A stretch of 64,000 nt of DNA. Source: Eledone cirrhosa. Its lineage: Eukaryota. Positions 11,178 to 23,730 of this stretch are shown here, piece after piece. The DNA lies in contig OZ024755.1 of assembly GCA_964016885.1 (NCBI GenBank), positions 17,112,001 through 17,176,000 of the forward strand, read 5' to 3'. The notes beneath the pieces were generated by a model. The model was not told the origin of the DNA. It did not search any database and saw only the letters and a program-made list of their open reading frames with translations. The translations under genes and the position numbers were made by a program. Position 1 is the first letter of the stretch; each line of letters starts with the position of its first letter.

Positions 11178-12320
11178 TACACAGAAATAATAAGTATTTC
11201 TGATTTAGGCAAAAGGGCAACTTAACCCTAGTTACTAACCCAGTTAAAATGCAAATTAATCCTTTAGTTACTAACCCAGCCTAAAACTGGCTTTGGTTCT
11301 ATGAAATAAAATCACCCATTTTAAAGGTTTCCAATTTAAATTAAAATCTTCCAACATAATTTTATATAAGAACATTACATTAAGTTACTATCTGAGTAAT
11401 GAAATAATTAATAATCTTATTAAATCCCTCAAAATTCTTCATTAATTAATTAAAATAGTGTATTTCATTAAAAATGCAGTTGTGAAAAGTTTAAATCAAA
11501 AACAATATGTTGCTGGTACTTTATTTTATTGACTCTGAAAGGAAAAGTTAACCTCATCAGAATTTGAACACAGAATGTAAAGGGTTGTAACTATATAACA
11601 CAAAGCATGTTGTCCGATGCTCTACCGATACTGCTAATCCACTGCCCTCTATACACAGAAATGATAATGATTTCTAATTTAGGCACAAAGCCAGCAATTA
11701 TCCCAGTGTATTACTAGTACCTTATTTTATCGACCCCGTAAGGATGAAAGGCAAAGTGAACCTCGGCGGAATTTGAACTCAGACCATAAAGGGACGTAAC
11801 TATGCTGGAAAGCATGTTGTCCGACTCTCTACCGATACTGCCAATCCACCGGTTTATACACAGAAATGATAATGATTTCTAATTTAGGCACAGGGCCAAC
11901 AATTTTGGGAGAAAGGGAAATCTATTATATCAGGCCCAGTATTTGACTGGTACTTTATTTCATCAACAAACTGATAGATGAAAGGCAGAGTTGACCTTGA
12001 GATTTGAACCCAGAACATAAAGAGCAGGAACAAATACTGTTACACATTTGTCAGACGCTCTACCGGCTCAGCCAAACCACTGTTTTTACGCAGAAATAAT
12101 GATGGCTTCTAATTTAAGCACAATGACAACAATTTTGGTGTGGTGGGAAATCAGCTGCAGTTCTTCATTTTATCATCCTCAGAAGGATGGATGGTAAAGT
12201 TGACCTTTGCAGGATTTGGACTCAGAAAATAAAGAGGCAGAACAAATACCACAAAGCATTCCCTCTTATGCTCTACTGATTCTGATAATCCACCACCCTA
12301 TGTGTAGAAATAATAATGAT
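11178..12320 (-). mobile_element. Head-to-tail train of about 4 Meta-type SINEs
   Basis: Repeated core and shared linker tacacagaaat(g/a)ataa at about 11178, 11654, 11857, 12087, 12300. Confidence 0.75.
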
Positions 12321-15300
12321 AAGGAAGCAATAACGGTCTTATTTACTTATATAACATATAAAGATAGCTATATAAACCTCTTAGTTGTATCCTATACACA
12401 GCATCATAGTAGGTCCTACTTACATATATAACATAAGTGAAGGTGCCTGGCTTAGTGGTTAGAGAATCGGGCTTGCAATTGTGAGGTTGTGGGGTTCGAT
12501 TCCCAGACTGCAAGGCACTTTATATAATGTTGTTCCAGTTTACTCAGCAGTAGAAATGTGTTGCAATGTCACTGATATTTTGGTGTTTTGTTTTACTAAA
12601 ATATGTTTCATGTTAAGACTAGTTGTTAGTGTGATGGACTGGTTGAATCATTAGACTGTTGGACAAGAATGGCTCTTTACATTCTGAGGTCAAATATTGT
12701 AATGGTCAACTTTGCCATCCATTTTTCTGAGGCCTATAAAATACAAGAATAGTCAAGTACTGTGGCTGATTTAATCGCCTTTCTCCTTCCCCCCCAAATT
12801 ATTGGATTTGTGTCAATGTTAGAAATAATACTGAGTCTAACTGAACAAGAATAAAAAAACAATTTTAACAGGCTGAGCTCTCTCTGAATAATGAGTAAGA
12901 ACATTTTACTGTGGCAGCATTTGGGTGAAATATTTGAGTTCCATTATGTAGTCAGTGTCTGATAGGGTGCTATATTCCATATATACTTGAATATAATCCG
13001 ACCTCACAACTTTGTCTGAGAAATGGGCAAAAATCAAAACCTTGCTTACGTAGAATTTGAAGGGGGTGAAAATCATCAAAATATTGACCCTGAATATGTC
13101 ACCCTCCTCATTCTACAATCGATTCTTTGGTTACATATTCCTTGGCTTATATTTGCGTGTATATAGTATAGCTTTGAGTAGTCCAGTAAACTGGTGGTGG
13201 TGGTGGTGGTGGGGAGGGAGGGGGTGTTGGTAAATGACCAAACTTCATTTAGTTATATGAGTGTTGCTAAAGGTGTTGAAAAAATAAATCAATATCTTAT
13301 TTGCAGGTGAACAATTTATTCCATTGATCTATTGATATATATGTTTGGGTAAATGGAATGTTGGTTTTATATTTTGTTTTTATATTATCTAACACAACAC
13401 ACGAACACGTACAATTCAACCTCATGAGATATAGGTTTTTTTTTGCTTATTTATATTTTCTTTATTTTTATTTTATGTTTTGTATCAACTAAATATAATT
13501 ATACCTAACCTGATTAGCAATTAACTTTCATTAAGTCATTTATGGTATTAAGTCTTTTTTACCCTAATTACCTTTGATAAGATTCATAGTGATAGCTACT
13601 GAAGAAAAATGGCTTCATAGACAATGATTTGATACATTTGTGTAGTGTCAAATTATAACCAGGAAGACCTAACTAACCATATATAAGGCTAGAAATAAAA
13701 GGTGAACACAATGAAGATTATATTGAATGTGTATGTTGTGTTTAACATATAATACTATAGAAAAATATTGATTTTTATATAACTGGAGTTAAACAGCTAA
13801 CACTTTCTCAGTTTGCACTTTTTCGGTTATCATTTCAAATATTTCTTTCAAATATTAGACAAGGCCTATAGCAACTAATTTGCAGTAGAATGAATCTAAT
13901 CTTAGTATTATTATACTTCGATATGAAGTCATAGAACTGCTCTGGTAAGCATTTCTCTCAAAAGAAATGAGCATTCTTTCAGAGGTTTCACAGAATTTAA
14001 TTTTCTTTTACTCAGCTTAACCTCTCATAGATTACAGCCAGCTGAGGCCAACACCAAACTAGATAATTTGCTGACAGTTAGTATTTTTTTCTGTGTGTGT
14101 GTCTCTCTCTCTCCCTCTCTCACACACACATGTGTATGTATGTGTATAAATATATACACACACATATATGTGTGTGTATATATGGATATATCTATATCAA
14201 TATTATATGAATATAAGTATATATACATATATGTGTGTATATACATCTGTAAAGGTAAATGATACTATCTAAAATTATGTCCATAATATTGCACTTACTT
14301 TAGAAAATTATGTTTAGTTCCTACTGTTATATAATTCAACTAAAAATCGAGCTACTATCATTTCAATATTGCTAAGAGTTTCTAACATTAAATCAAGTCC
14401 ACAAATTGTACAGGGTGGTCATAATGGACTTCAGTTCAATACTTAACTAGTATTTATTCTACTAACCTGCAAATGAGTAAAAGTCATCAAACAGTCAAAC
14501 CCTGCCCCTTTCCCAGTGGAATTTGAAAAGGAAAGGATCCTTAATGCTGGATGGTGTTATATGGGCAGTGTTCTGATACATGGCATGTCTTGGGTATTTT
14601 TCACTTAGCGGAGTACATTCCTCTCTAGTTTGGAACATAGCCAATTTTTTTCCATAGAGAAAATCAGAAAATGATATATTTCAGTACTTAACTGATAGTT
14701 TATAGAGTTTGAAAGAATGAAAGACAAAGTTGACCTTGGTGGAATTTGAACTCAAAGCACAGCGAGCTGGAACACTTACCAAGGCATTTAATCTGATGCC
14801 CTAACAACTCTTCCAATTCAACTCCTTTTGAACTCAGAAGATGTAACTAAACCCAATGTCGTTGTTGTTAATCCCTCAGTTATGCCTGATTAAACTGGCC
14901 TATGATCAAAGCCATTCCAGTCTTTTTTGAAATACAATGTATCTAGGTCTATATCATGCAATGTATATTTCTATTTCTAAGATGATGAGGTGTAATTCTT
15001 GTGAGATTTAGCTGTTATTTCTACCAGGCCAAGAAACTCTGTAGAAGCTCCTACAATTTTCTCTGATTCTACCATTTTATGAATTTTTAATCACAAAAAA
15101 AAAATACATTATATTAAAATGTAGTGATGAGATGTAGTGTTGTAGTGTTTTATAACGACAAATTGCTGTAAGGTTATTACTAATTTGAGGTAACCTGTAA
15201 CAATGTATTTTAAGGTTTTTGAGGCATAGCTGTAGCTTAAAAATGATTTTAAAGTTGTACTTGTTTGTCATATGACTTGAGGCGACAAATTGGCTGAGTT

Positions 15301-15826
15301 GTTAGAATGTCAGGAGAATGTTTTGTGATATTCGTTTTTGCTTTCTGCTGAATCCAAATTTTGCCTTTCATCCAATCAAGTTCAATAAAAAAAGTTCTGG
15401 TTTAGTACTGGGGGTCAATTCTTCCACTATATATTTTTCTCACATCCCTTCTCTCACTTTCTATCCTTCTTTGGAAGAAATCTACTGTATTCAGTATGCC
15501 AATACAGGGCCTCTACGATTCTCATAGGTGTTACAGGACCATGCATACATGTCTGATGACTTGATCTGAGATTCTGTGTTGAAATTGAAGCTATTATATA
15601 GTGATAAAGTGATTTTAGCCATTCAAAAATTAAAACAGACAAAAACTGTTATCATCACTTTTTATTTATTTCATGGTGTCCGACATTTCATTGTATTCTC
15701 TGCTCAGGGACACAATTCTAAAAGAAAGATAATTTTTGGTTGAAGAATGGTTAATGTTTTCTTTTCCAGATTCTCAAACTACGCAAATACTCAATCTCAT
15801 TTTTCTATTTTATTCAAATTCCTCAG

Positions 15827-16153
15827 GTTATTTACATCGAGAAAGAACAAGGCTTACAGAAACTTGAAGCATTAATAGCTTCAGGGGAAAAACTTTTCCC
15901 TGATACTGCAGGCAAGGGACGAGAAGTAATTCGCCAAGAAATACGAGCAGCGAGAGAATGCTGGGACAGAATTGTTGCTTCCATTGCCGAAAACCAACAA
16001 ACAGTCAATACTGTTGCAATGAACTGGTCATCTTTCCTGGACAGCCAAGAGGAACTTTTTAGTTGGATTGTTCACATGGAAACTATAATCCAACATGACA
16101 AAGATCTGTGCAGTACACTACAAGAGAAGAAAAATAAAATCAACACATACAAA
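15827..16153 (+). CDS. SYNE1: Nesprin-like spectrin-repeat exon 9
   Basis: cctcag|GTTATT...TACAAA|gtaatt; 327 nt; VIYIEKEQGLQKLEALIASGEKLFPDTAGKGREVIRQE...NWSSFLDSQEELFSWI. Confidence 0.92.
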
Positions 16154-16212
16154 GTAATTAGTCTAAAAAATATTTATGCAAATATTCATTATGGTTATTT
16201 CATACTGTGTGT

Positions 16213-16620
16213 ATCATCATCCTCATCATCGTTTTTGCATTTGTTTTTCCATGCTCGTATGGTATGGGCTGAATCGGACCTTTTTAGCACAGCATCTTTC
16301 TATTTGTTGCATTCCTTTATCATCTTCTCAGTGAGTTTCATCAATTTGAGATCAGCTTTCATCATGTCTGTTCAGGTCTTCATTGTCACTTCATCATAGT
16401 TTTACATCTGTTTTTCCACACTCGCATAGCATGGGTTGGACAGGTCTGTTTTAGCACAGCATCTCTCCACCCATCACATTCCTTCATCATCTCCTCTGTG
16501 AGTTTAAGCAATTTGAGATTAACTCTAAATCACACCTTCATCCAAGTCTCCCTCGGTTTAACCTCTACTGCAGGTTCCTACCATTTAAAATAGGTCCACT
16601 ATCCATGTGTATCATAAAAG
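16213..16620 (-). mobile_element. Decayed RTE-type LINE 3' fragments (duplicated)
   Basis: Two similar blocks (ttagcacagcatct...cattcct.catcatct) resembling 60158-60425. Confidence 0.55.
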
Positions 16621-16832
16621 CTAACTAAGAGGTTTGATGCCAGGCATGGCGTTTGGCTATAAACCATTGCTACAGAAAAAGGATCTCATGTTTAGTATGA
16701 GACTCATCATGGGGACCACAAGCAAACCCCTACTTTAGCAGAGAAAATGGTTTTCAAAACGTATCCCCCCTATCTCCGAAACAACAAATCATATTTTTCT
16801 GAAACCTGCTTTGTTCAATAGCCAGAGATTTA

Positions 16833-16999
16833 CCATATTTCCCAACGTCAAGGACGCTACTTTTTTCCTAAAGTAAGCCTCGAAAATCTACCATGCATCC
16901 TGGAGGCCAAAGGTTGTTTATTATTTTTTTCAAATATTTGGTTGTTAAAATTAGGGTGCGTACTCGAGGACGAAGTGTCTTCGGTGCCGGGAAATATGG
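16833..16999. mobile_element. Tc1/mariner-pogo-type MITE (TA TSD)
   Basis: TA-CCATATTTCCC...GGGAAATATGG-TA. Confidence 0.65.
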
Positions 17000-17487
17000 T
17001 ACTTCTTGAGAAGACTATGATGTAATGATGAGATCTATATAAGAGTGAAACATGTCTGTAACTGTAGCCTAAGCCACTAAAAGAAGAATCACATATGTCT
17101 GACCCTTCCCCATCGCCACAAAGTATGGAGTTACATTTTCTGCAAAATTTATTCTTAATTTCTTGAAATTCTGTCCCCTTTAGGGTCACTAACAATTGTC
17201 ACTAGTTTTTTTCATTTTTTTTTATTCCTTGAACTAAGAGAATTATTTCAATTCATTAAGAATCTTTTACAGACCCCATCATCATCATCATTATCTATTT
17301 GTATTATCTAAATTCGTACCATTTACTTAAGTTATTTCCTTTAGATCACTTTCTATATCACACACACATACACAAAAACACACACTTGAATCTCATATAT
17401 ATATAAACATACATATCTCTCATACACACATATATATATATACTCACACATATATATATATACATACATATACATACATATATACTC

Positions 17488-17658
17488 GATTGGCAGTATC
17501 GGTAGAGCGTCGGACGCTATGCTTTGACGTATAGAGTTACGTCCCTTGCCATTCTGAGTTCAAATCCCGCCGAGGTTAACTTTGCCTCTCATCCTTACGG
17601 GGTCGATAAAATAAAGTACCAGTGATGCTCTGGGTAATTTTTGGCCTCGTAGAAACAA
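17488..17658 (+). mobile_element. Meta-type SINE
   Basis: gattggcagtatcggtagagcgtcggac...gagttcaaatcccgccgagg...catccttacggggtcgataaaataaagtaccag. Confidence 0.8.
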
Positions 17659-17659
17659 T

Positions 17660-17756
17660 ATATATACATACATATATATGGATACATATATATGTATACA
17701 TATATATGTATATATATATATACTCACATACATATAAATATATATATATATATATA

Positions 17757-17805
<49 letters not shown>

Positions 17806-17806
17806 T

Positions 17807-17845
<39 letters not shown>

Positions 17846-17846
17846 T

Positions 17847-17891
<45 letters not shown>

Positions 17892-17918
17892 ATACTTTGG
17901 GAGGGTCATTCAGAAACG

Positions 17919-17949
<31 letters not shown>

Positions 17950-17952
17950 CTC

Positions 17953-17987
<35 letters not shown>

Positions 17988-18275
17988 TATACTCATATAT
18001 ATATATATATATATATATACTCATATATATATATATATATATATATACTCGTATATATATGTATGTATATATATATATATATATATATATACTCGTATAT
18101 ATATGTATGTATATATATATATATATATATATATACTCATATATATATATATATATATATACTCATATATATATATATATATATACTCATATATATATAT
18201 ACTCACATACATATATATACATACATATACATATGTGTGTGTCTTTGATATGTAACAGATATATATATATATATG
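17660..18275. repeat. (TA)n-rich microsatellite
   Basis: Direct inspection. Confidence 0.95.
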
Positions 18276-18589
18276 TTATCTGACTGCTTACAAATTGCAA
18301 TTTTGTTTCATTCCCTATGGAAATTTTCAAAGATTTGCTACAGGGAAAGAGAAGTGCAGACTGTCAACAGATAGTTAATAAATATTTAAACTCACCAGCA
18401 TTAATTTCATTACTTTTTGTTTGTAAATTAATCTGTTCTTATAGACTACAACTTAGTAGTATTACATACTTACACATATATACTCATGTGTATATATATA
18501 TATATGTATTTATGTATGCATGTATATGTATGTATATTTATATATATATACATGTGTATGTATGTATGTATGTATGTATGTATATATGT

Positions 18590-18880
18590 GTCAGGTCACT
18601 AGTTGGTGCTACTGGTAACATGTATTCCAGTACAACCTGTCCCATGGTTGGGTCATTGGCGACTAAACTGGCAACCCCACCAAGGTTTCTTGGTGAGGAG
18701 GGTGACTTTGGACATCCTGCAGGACTAAAAACAAAACCTGTCAAAGGGCAAAGGAGCTCTTAAGAGTCAATGGCCATCCAAAATCACCGGGAGAGATGAC
18801 CCCTTAGCCTTTGTCAAGGCAGAATTCTAGGAGAAGGAAAACTTTGATATAACACCTGCAACCCTGATGGTATCCAATGA
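18590..18880 (+). mobile_element. Probable LINE 5' UTR-like fragment
   Basis: GC-richer block between microsatellites, with ctaggagaaggaaaact motif reminiscent of RTE 5' regions. Confidence 0.35.
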
Positions 18881-19489
18881 TGTTGACTTGTTCTTCTTTT
18901 TGGTAAATATCATCTTGGTTAAGAGAGTGGGACTGGCTTTGTGCAGTGCCTTTGCTCACTATAAAAGCTTCACGGCACAGGCATTGCTTTATATCTGGAG
19001 ATCTCTCTGCACTGGTCATCACATGGTACCAAGGGCCCAGCACTATGTGTCAATAATTGTCACAAGTGTAGTGTTTGTACCAGAGTTTTCAAGTCGCTAA
19101 CTGGACTAAAAAGTCACACTCATTCAGCACATTGGTAGGGGTTCTCCTACATGGATATAAAGTAGTGGCCGTACTCGAAAACGAGTTGGCAGCCACCATA
19201 TATATATATATATATATCCATTTATATCCATATATATATATGTATGTATGTATGCATGTATATGTATGTATGTATCCCCCACCTACCCCCACTCTCCTGA
19301 GCGTGAATTGTCCCCCACCTACCCCCCACTCTCCTGAGCGTGAATTTAATAAACATTTATTGTACTGCCTCTCTGTTCTGTCCCTGTTCAAATTTTTCAT
19401 TATATATATATATATATATATATATCCATTTATATATATATAAACAGGACGAACACAAGAGACATCCGCATTCGTTCGTCAGATGTTGC

Positions 19490-19556
19490 TTCATCTGACG
19501 AACGAATGCGGACGTCTTTTGTGTTCGTCCTGTTCGGGAAACCTCGGGTAATGCGG
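19490..19556 (+). ncRNA. Type I hammerhead ribozyme-like motif in fold-back 19443-19534
   Basis: CAT-CTGACGA-ACGAA..GGACG..CGTCC..TTCGG-GAAA-CC TCG GG-TA-ATG; left arm is a truncated inverted copy abutting (TA)n. Confidence 0.65.
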
Positions 19557-19687
19557 TAATTATACTGTGTTGTATTTTTATACATTAAATATATATATAT
19601 AGTAATAATAATAAAGTTGAAGACTAAAATCCAAAGAGGGCTCGATAAAGATAAATATATATCAAATATATAAGAACTGTAGAGCAA

Positions 19688-19833
19688 ATATTTATTAAAA
19701 TAACAGATTAAAATTTAAGCAAAGAATCGCTGCTTTCACCCTTAACGGATCTTCTGAAACTATCAGATGATCCCGTTAAGGGTGAAAGCAGCGATTCTTT
19801 GCTTAAACTTTAATCTGTTATTTTAATAAATAT
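19688..19833. mobile_element. Fold-back element with CAGANGA...GAAAG pseudo-hammerhead
   Basis: About 70 bp arms, about 5 nt loop; single related copy at about 209-270. Confidence 0.65.
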
Positions 19834-19849
19834 ATATATATATATATAT

Positions 19850-20189
19850 ATCATCATCATCATCATCACCGTTTTACGTCCGTTCTTCCACGCTAGCATG
19901 GGTTAGACGGGTTGTCCTGTTGTGGGCAGTGTCTGGTCGGCTGTCCATGCCTTGCTCATACAGGAACTGATTTGGCTTGATTTCTACAGCTGGATGCCCT
20001 TCCTAACCCCAACCTCATTTACAGTGAGTGCTGGGTGCTTTTTCGTGGCGCCTACACGTCCACTTTACAGTGTGGGCTGGGTGCTTTTTTGCCGTGGCAC
20101 CTCCACGACCACCTTGCAGTGGGGAGTGTGGGGGCATATTGTCTATATGCTTCAGCTTGTACCCATGGGAGGTCGGGTACTCTGTATTA
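19850..20189 (-). mobile_element. 3' end of the same RTE-type LINE (near-identical to 34067-34406)
   Basis: Reverse complement aligns almost base for base. Confidence 0.85.
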
Positions 20190-20214
20190 TATATATATTT
20201 CTTTTCTTCTCTAG

Positions 20215-20367
20215 ACAATGCTTGACGATATCTCTTCACACCAGAAAATGATTGACAACACAATGGAGAAATCTGAGGCAATTTTACAAACTTCTGGAAA
20301 TAGTGATGTTTCCCTCTTTGTTGCAGACATAAAGGCTCGTTTCTACCAGATTGTTATTGATACAAAG
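20215..20367 (+). CDS. SYNE1: Nesprin-like spectrin-repeat exon 10
   Basis: ctctag|ACAATG...ACAAAG|gtaaat; 153 nt; TMLDDISSHQKMIDNTMEKSEAIL...KARFYQIVIDTK. Confidence 0.9.
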
Positions 20368-20404
20368 GTAAATATATTTACTCTAGTTTAAATTTCACCT
20401 ACTT

Positions 20405-21330
20405 TTTGTCACCAAAAATCACCATGATCAAATCACTCTCTTCCACTACCACCACCACTACCATCATCTCTACTATCTCTACCACTACCATCATCGTTAC
20501 TATCTCTACCACCATCGCTGCGATGATTATTACCGCCATCACCACCCCTACCACCACCAGGACTACCATCAGCGCTACTGCCACTATCATCATTGCTAAT
20601 ATCTCTACCACCAAACACAGCCACAACCACTATCGTCATCACCACTATCTCTACCACCACCACCACCACCATCAATGCTACTATATCTACCACCACCACC
20701 ACCACCACCACCACCTCAATCACTATCTCTACAACTACCACCATTACCACCACCACCATAATCACTTCCATCTCCAAAACACTGCCACGATCACCACCAC
20801 CATCACTACCACCATCACTACCACCACCACCACCACCATTATTCCCATTGTTACTTCCAGTATCATCATCATCATCATCTCCTCCACCACCACCACCATT
20901 ATTCCCATTGTTACCTCTAGCATCATCATCACCATCACCACCTCTCTAGCATCATCATCATCATCATTATCACTGTCACAATCACCTACACTCTCACGCC
21001 TCAACCACTGCCTCCTCCACCTTCTCCATCACCACCACCATCATCATCACCTCCACCGCTGCCACCACCATCACTCCCACCACCTCCACCATCATCACCC
21101 CCCCCCCACTATTATACCATCAACGCCACTGCCACTATCATCATTGCTAATATCTCTACCACCAAACAGCCACGACTACTATCGTCATCACCACTATCCC
21201 TACCACCACCACCACCACCACCACCACTACCATCAATGCTACTATCTCCACCCCCGCCTATTATTCCCATTATTACCTCTAGCATCATCATCACCGTCAT
21301 CACTGTCATAATCACCAACTCTGTCACTAA
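20405..21330 (+). repeat. (CAC/CAT)n low-complexity tract with internal duplication
   Basis: Trinucleotide mosaic; 20575-20700 duplicated at 21125-21255. Confidence 0.9.
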
Positions 21331-21827
21331 CATAATTAGTTTCTATCTCTCCAATATACCATATTGGTTTCAAGTTATTGATGTTTTAATTTTCCTGATA
21401 TACTCATTTTTCTTTCTTAGTTAAATGTTTCGTGCAAATGAGTCCTTTGCCCAGATCATGGGAATTCAAAAGCTGTCTAATTAAGACACTGTTTTGTAAC
21501 CAATACTCTGAAGCAATCAATATTTTTTTTTCTTTTTGCTGAAGTACAGCTATCGTTAAAATATATACTAAACTGATTCTTTTGAAATTTAGAAATGTAA
21601 TTGTTTAAATCTAAATATTTCTTTTAGAGTTTTGAATTATTTATATTTCATAGTTATATGTCCAGTATTGGTTAATTCTTCCAATACCATATTTCAATTG
21701 CGAATAATTTTGAAAATGATCAAGAATTGCTATTGCTGCTCCTGCTGCTGCTACTTTCTTTTTTTTTTTTTTTTTTTTTTCTTTTTCTTTTTCATCTTTT
21801 TCTTTTTTCTTTTTCTTTCTCATTTTT

Positions 21828-22165
21828 TCTTCTTCCTTTTCTGCGTCTTCTTCATTTTCGTCTTCTTCATTTTCGTCTTCTTCTTCTTCTTCTTCTTCTT
21901 CTTCTTCTTCTTCTTCGTTTTTTTCGTCTTCTTCTTCTTCTTCCTGGGAGGGTCGGTCAGGGGGGCAGAGTCCTGAAACACTCCTTTCAGTGGGTCCTGT
22001 CAGAAGCAACTCTCTTTAATTGATCCAGCTGGATCCCCAAGCAAGATCAGCTGAACTCTTGGATGTTATCCAACCATTTCTTTCAGGGTCTGCCCCTGGG
22101 TCTCCTGCCAGTGGGTTTTGCTTGTAAAATCTGCTTAGCAATTCGTTCCTGAGACATTTGAATCA
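21828..22165 (-). mobile_element. LINE (RTE-like) 3' fragment with (GAA)n tail
   Basis: Minus translation MSQERIAKQILQAKPTGRRPRGRP*KKWLDNI...VASDR; followed by (GAA)n tract. Confidence 0.75.
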
Positions 22166-22639
22166 CCATGGAAGTGATTTGATAAACATGTCTCTCATTA
22201 TTAAGCTAGTTAGTATTTAGAACATAAATTAACATATGTTCTTACATAAAATTATGATGAAAGGTGTTTTGCAGATAAATATTTAACTATTTTTAAACAA
22301 ATGGTTTTTGTACTGTAGCAACAATGGACAGTTTTAAGCCATTTAATATCAAAAGAGTTAAATGTTAAAACTTTAGATTGTTAGAAAAATGTTATTTCCT
22401 GGTGCATTTTGATAGACTACCTCATAAAAAAAATCACTTGTAGATTAAATTCTGCTTTTGTTCTAAATTCTATTGACTTTGGTGAATTAACCCATTTGTG
22501 ACTATATTTCTAACAAGAATATAATTCCTTTGTGTTTTAATTACCAAAGTAATCAATAATTATGAGAGGTTTAGTGAAATAACTAATTGAGAATTTTTTG
22601 TAAACGTCATTCTGCATATCACCTCTTTATTTATTCTTG

Positions 22640-22847
22640 TAATTTAGGTGCGAGGCTACAATTTGAGAAGAGTGGGGAAAGTAGGTTATATAAACCCCAG
22701 TATTTGACTGGTACTTTATTTTATTGACCTCAGAAGGATGAAAGGGAATGTTAACTACACAGGATTTGAACTCAGAATATAAAGAGCTGGAATAAATAAT
22801 GCTAAACAGTTTATCTGGCACCAAGATCTCTGCCAATTCACCACCCT
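22640..22847 (-). mobile_element. Older Meta-type SINE
   Basis: Diverged core ctggtactttattttattgacctcagaaggatgaaagg. Confidence 0.65.
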
Positions 22848-23142
22848 TACTTTCAATTTAATAAAAACTCATGCTAGCGTGGAAAAATTTATGTAAAATG
22901 GTGATAATGATGATGATGAACTATTTAACTACTGAAATCTAATATATTTTATCATGTAATAATGAACTTTTAGTTCAAGATTTGAATATAAAACTTTGAT
23001 AGGACTAGTTTCGGGTCAACTGGTGTTTAAAGAATAAACTGAAAAAAATGTCTGACATTTTTTGATATTTGTCATTATATATCATAGTTTTACATCTACT
23101 TTTTCATGCTGGCAAGTCTTGAATGTGATTTTTTTATGACTC

Positions 23143-23355
23143 TCCCCTTTAGTATTTACATAACTCTATATTACACTAGTGTATTTTTGTGGTAAAAGTT
23201 TTAACTTACATAATTATCTCGCATAATATCGAATCTACAAGATGTTGATATTATTTATTTTGAGAACAATACTTTAACTATGAGTGCCCAGTTTGAATAG
23301 AAAAAGGTGAGGGAATTCTGGCTGGATATACAGCTGGTTTAAATGCTAAAGGAGG
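23143..23355. mobile_element. Degenerate copy of the TTAA MITE
   Basis: Same interior (tattttgagaacaatac, gaattctggctggatat), decayed ends. Confidence 0.65.
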
Positions 23356-23565
23356 AATTAACATTGCAGACCCAATGACACTTCTGTATGTGTTCATATT
23401 TATCTAAAAACCCTATTAAGTTTTGTTCCAAATGTCATCTTAATAATGAGAAATTTAGTTAAATCCCTCCAAATCCTTGATTATTTTCAAAATTACAGGC
23501 AAAGTCTTTCAGTAGAAAGGGATAATTCCTGACTGTTTTGGTATCGATTGTCATTTCTTTTCCAG

Positions 23566-23730
23566 AATTTACTTGCTCAAAGTGAAAATAGCTTCAAAGA
23601 TCACTTAAAATACAATAATACTTTACAAGATGCCCATGAATGGCTCCATAACAAAGAGGAACAACTTAATATGTGTATAGACCACCAAGGTGACAGGCAG
23701 TCGTTGGAAAATAAATTGGAGAAAATTAAA
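23566..23730 (+). CDS. SYNE1: Nesprin-like spectrin-repeat exon 11
   Basis: ttccag|AATTTA...ATTAAA|gtgagt; 165 nt; ...DHLKYNNTLQDAHEWL...GDRQSLENKLEKIK. Confidence 0.92.

Noticed and set aside
14016-14076. Coding-like island LQPAEANTKLDNLLT followed by gttagt
   Set aside because: Both available AG acceptors give phase 2, incompatible with the phase-0 intron, and exons 8 and 9 already join in register. Only RNA-seq could rescue it as an alternative first exon.
20406-21311. 301 aa Thr/His/Ser-rich ORF
   Set aside because: (CAC/CAT)n low-complexity intronic tract right after a donor; not in the exon pattern.
21641-22009. Glu/Lys-rich ORF
   Set aside because: Translation of the (GAA)n LINE tail and poly-T tract.
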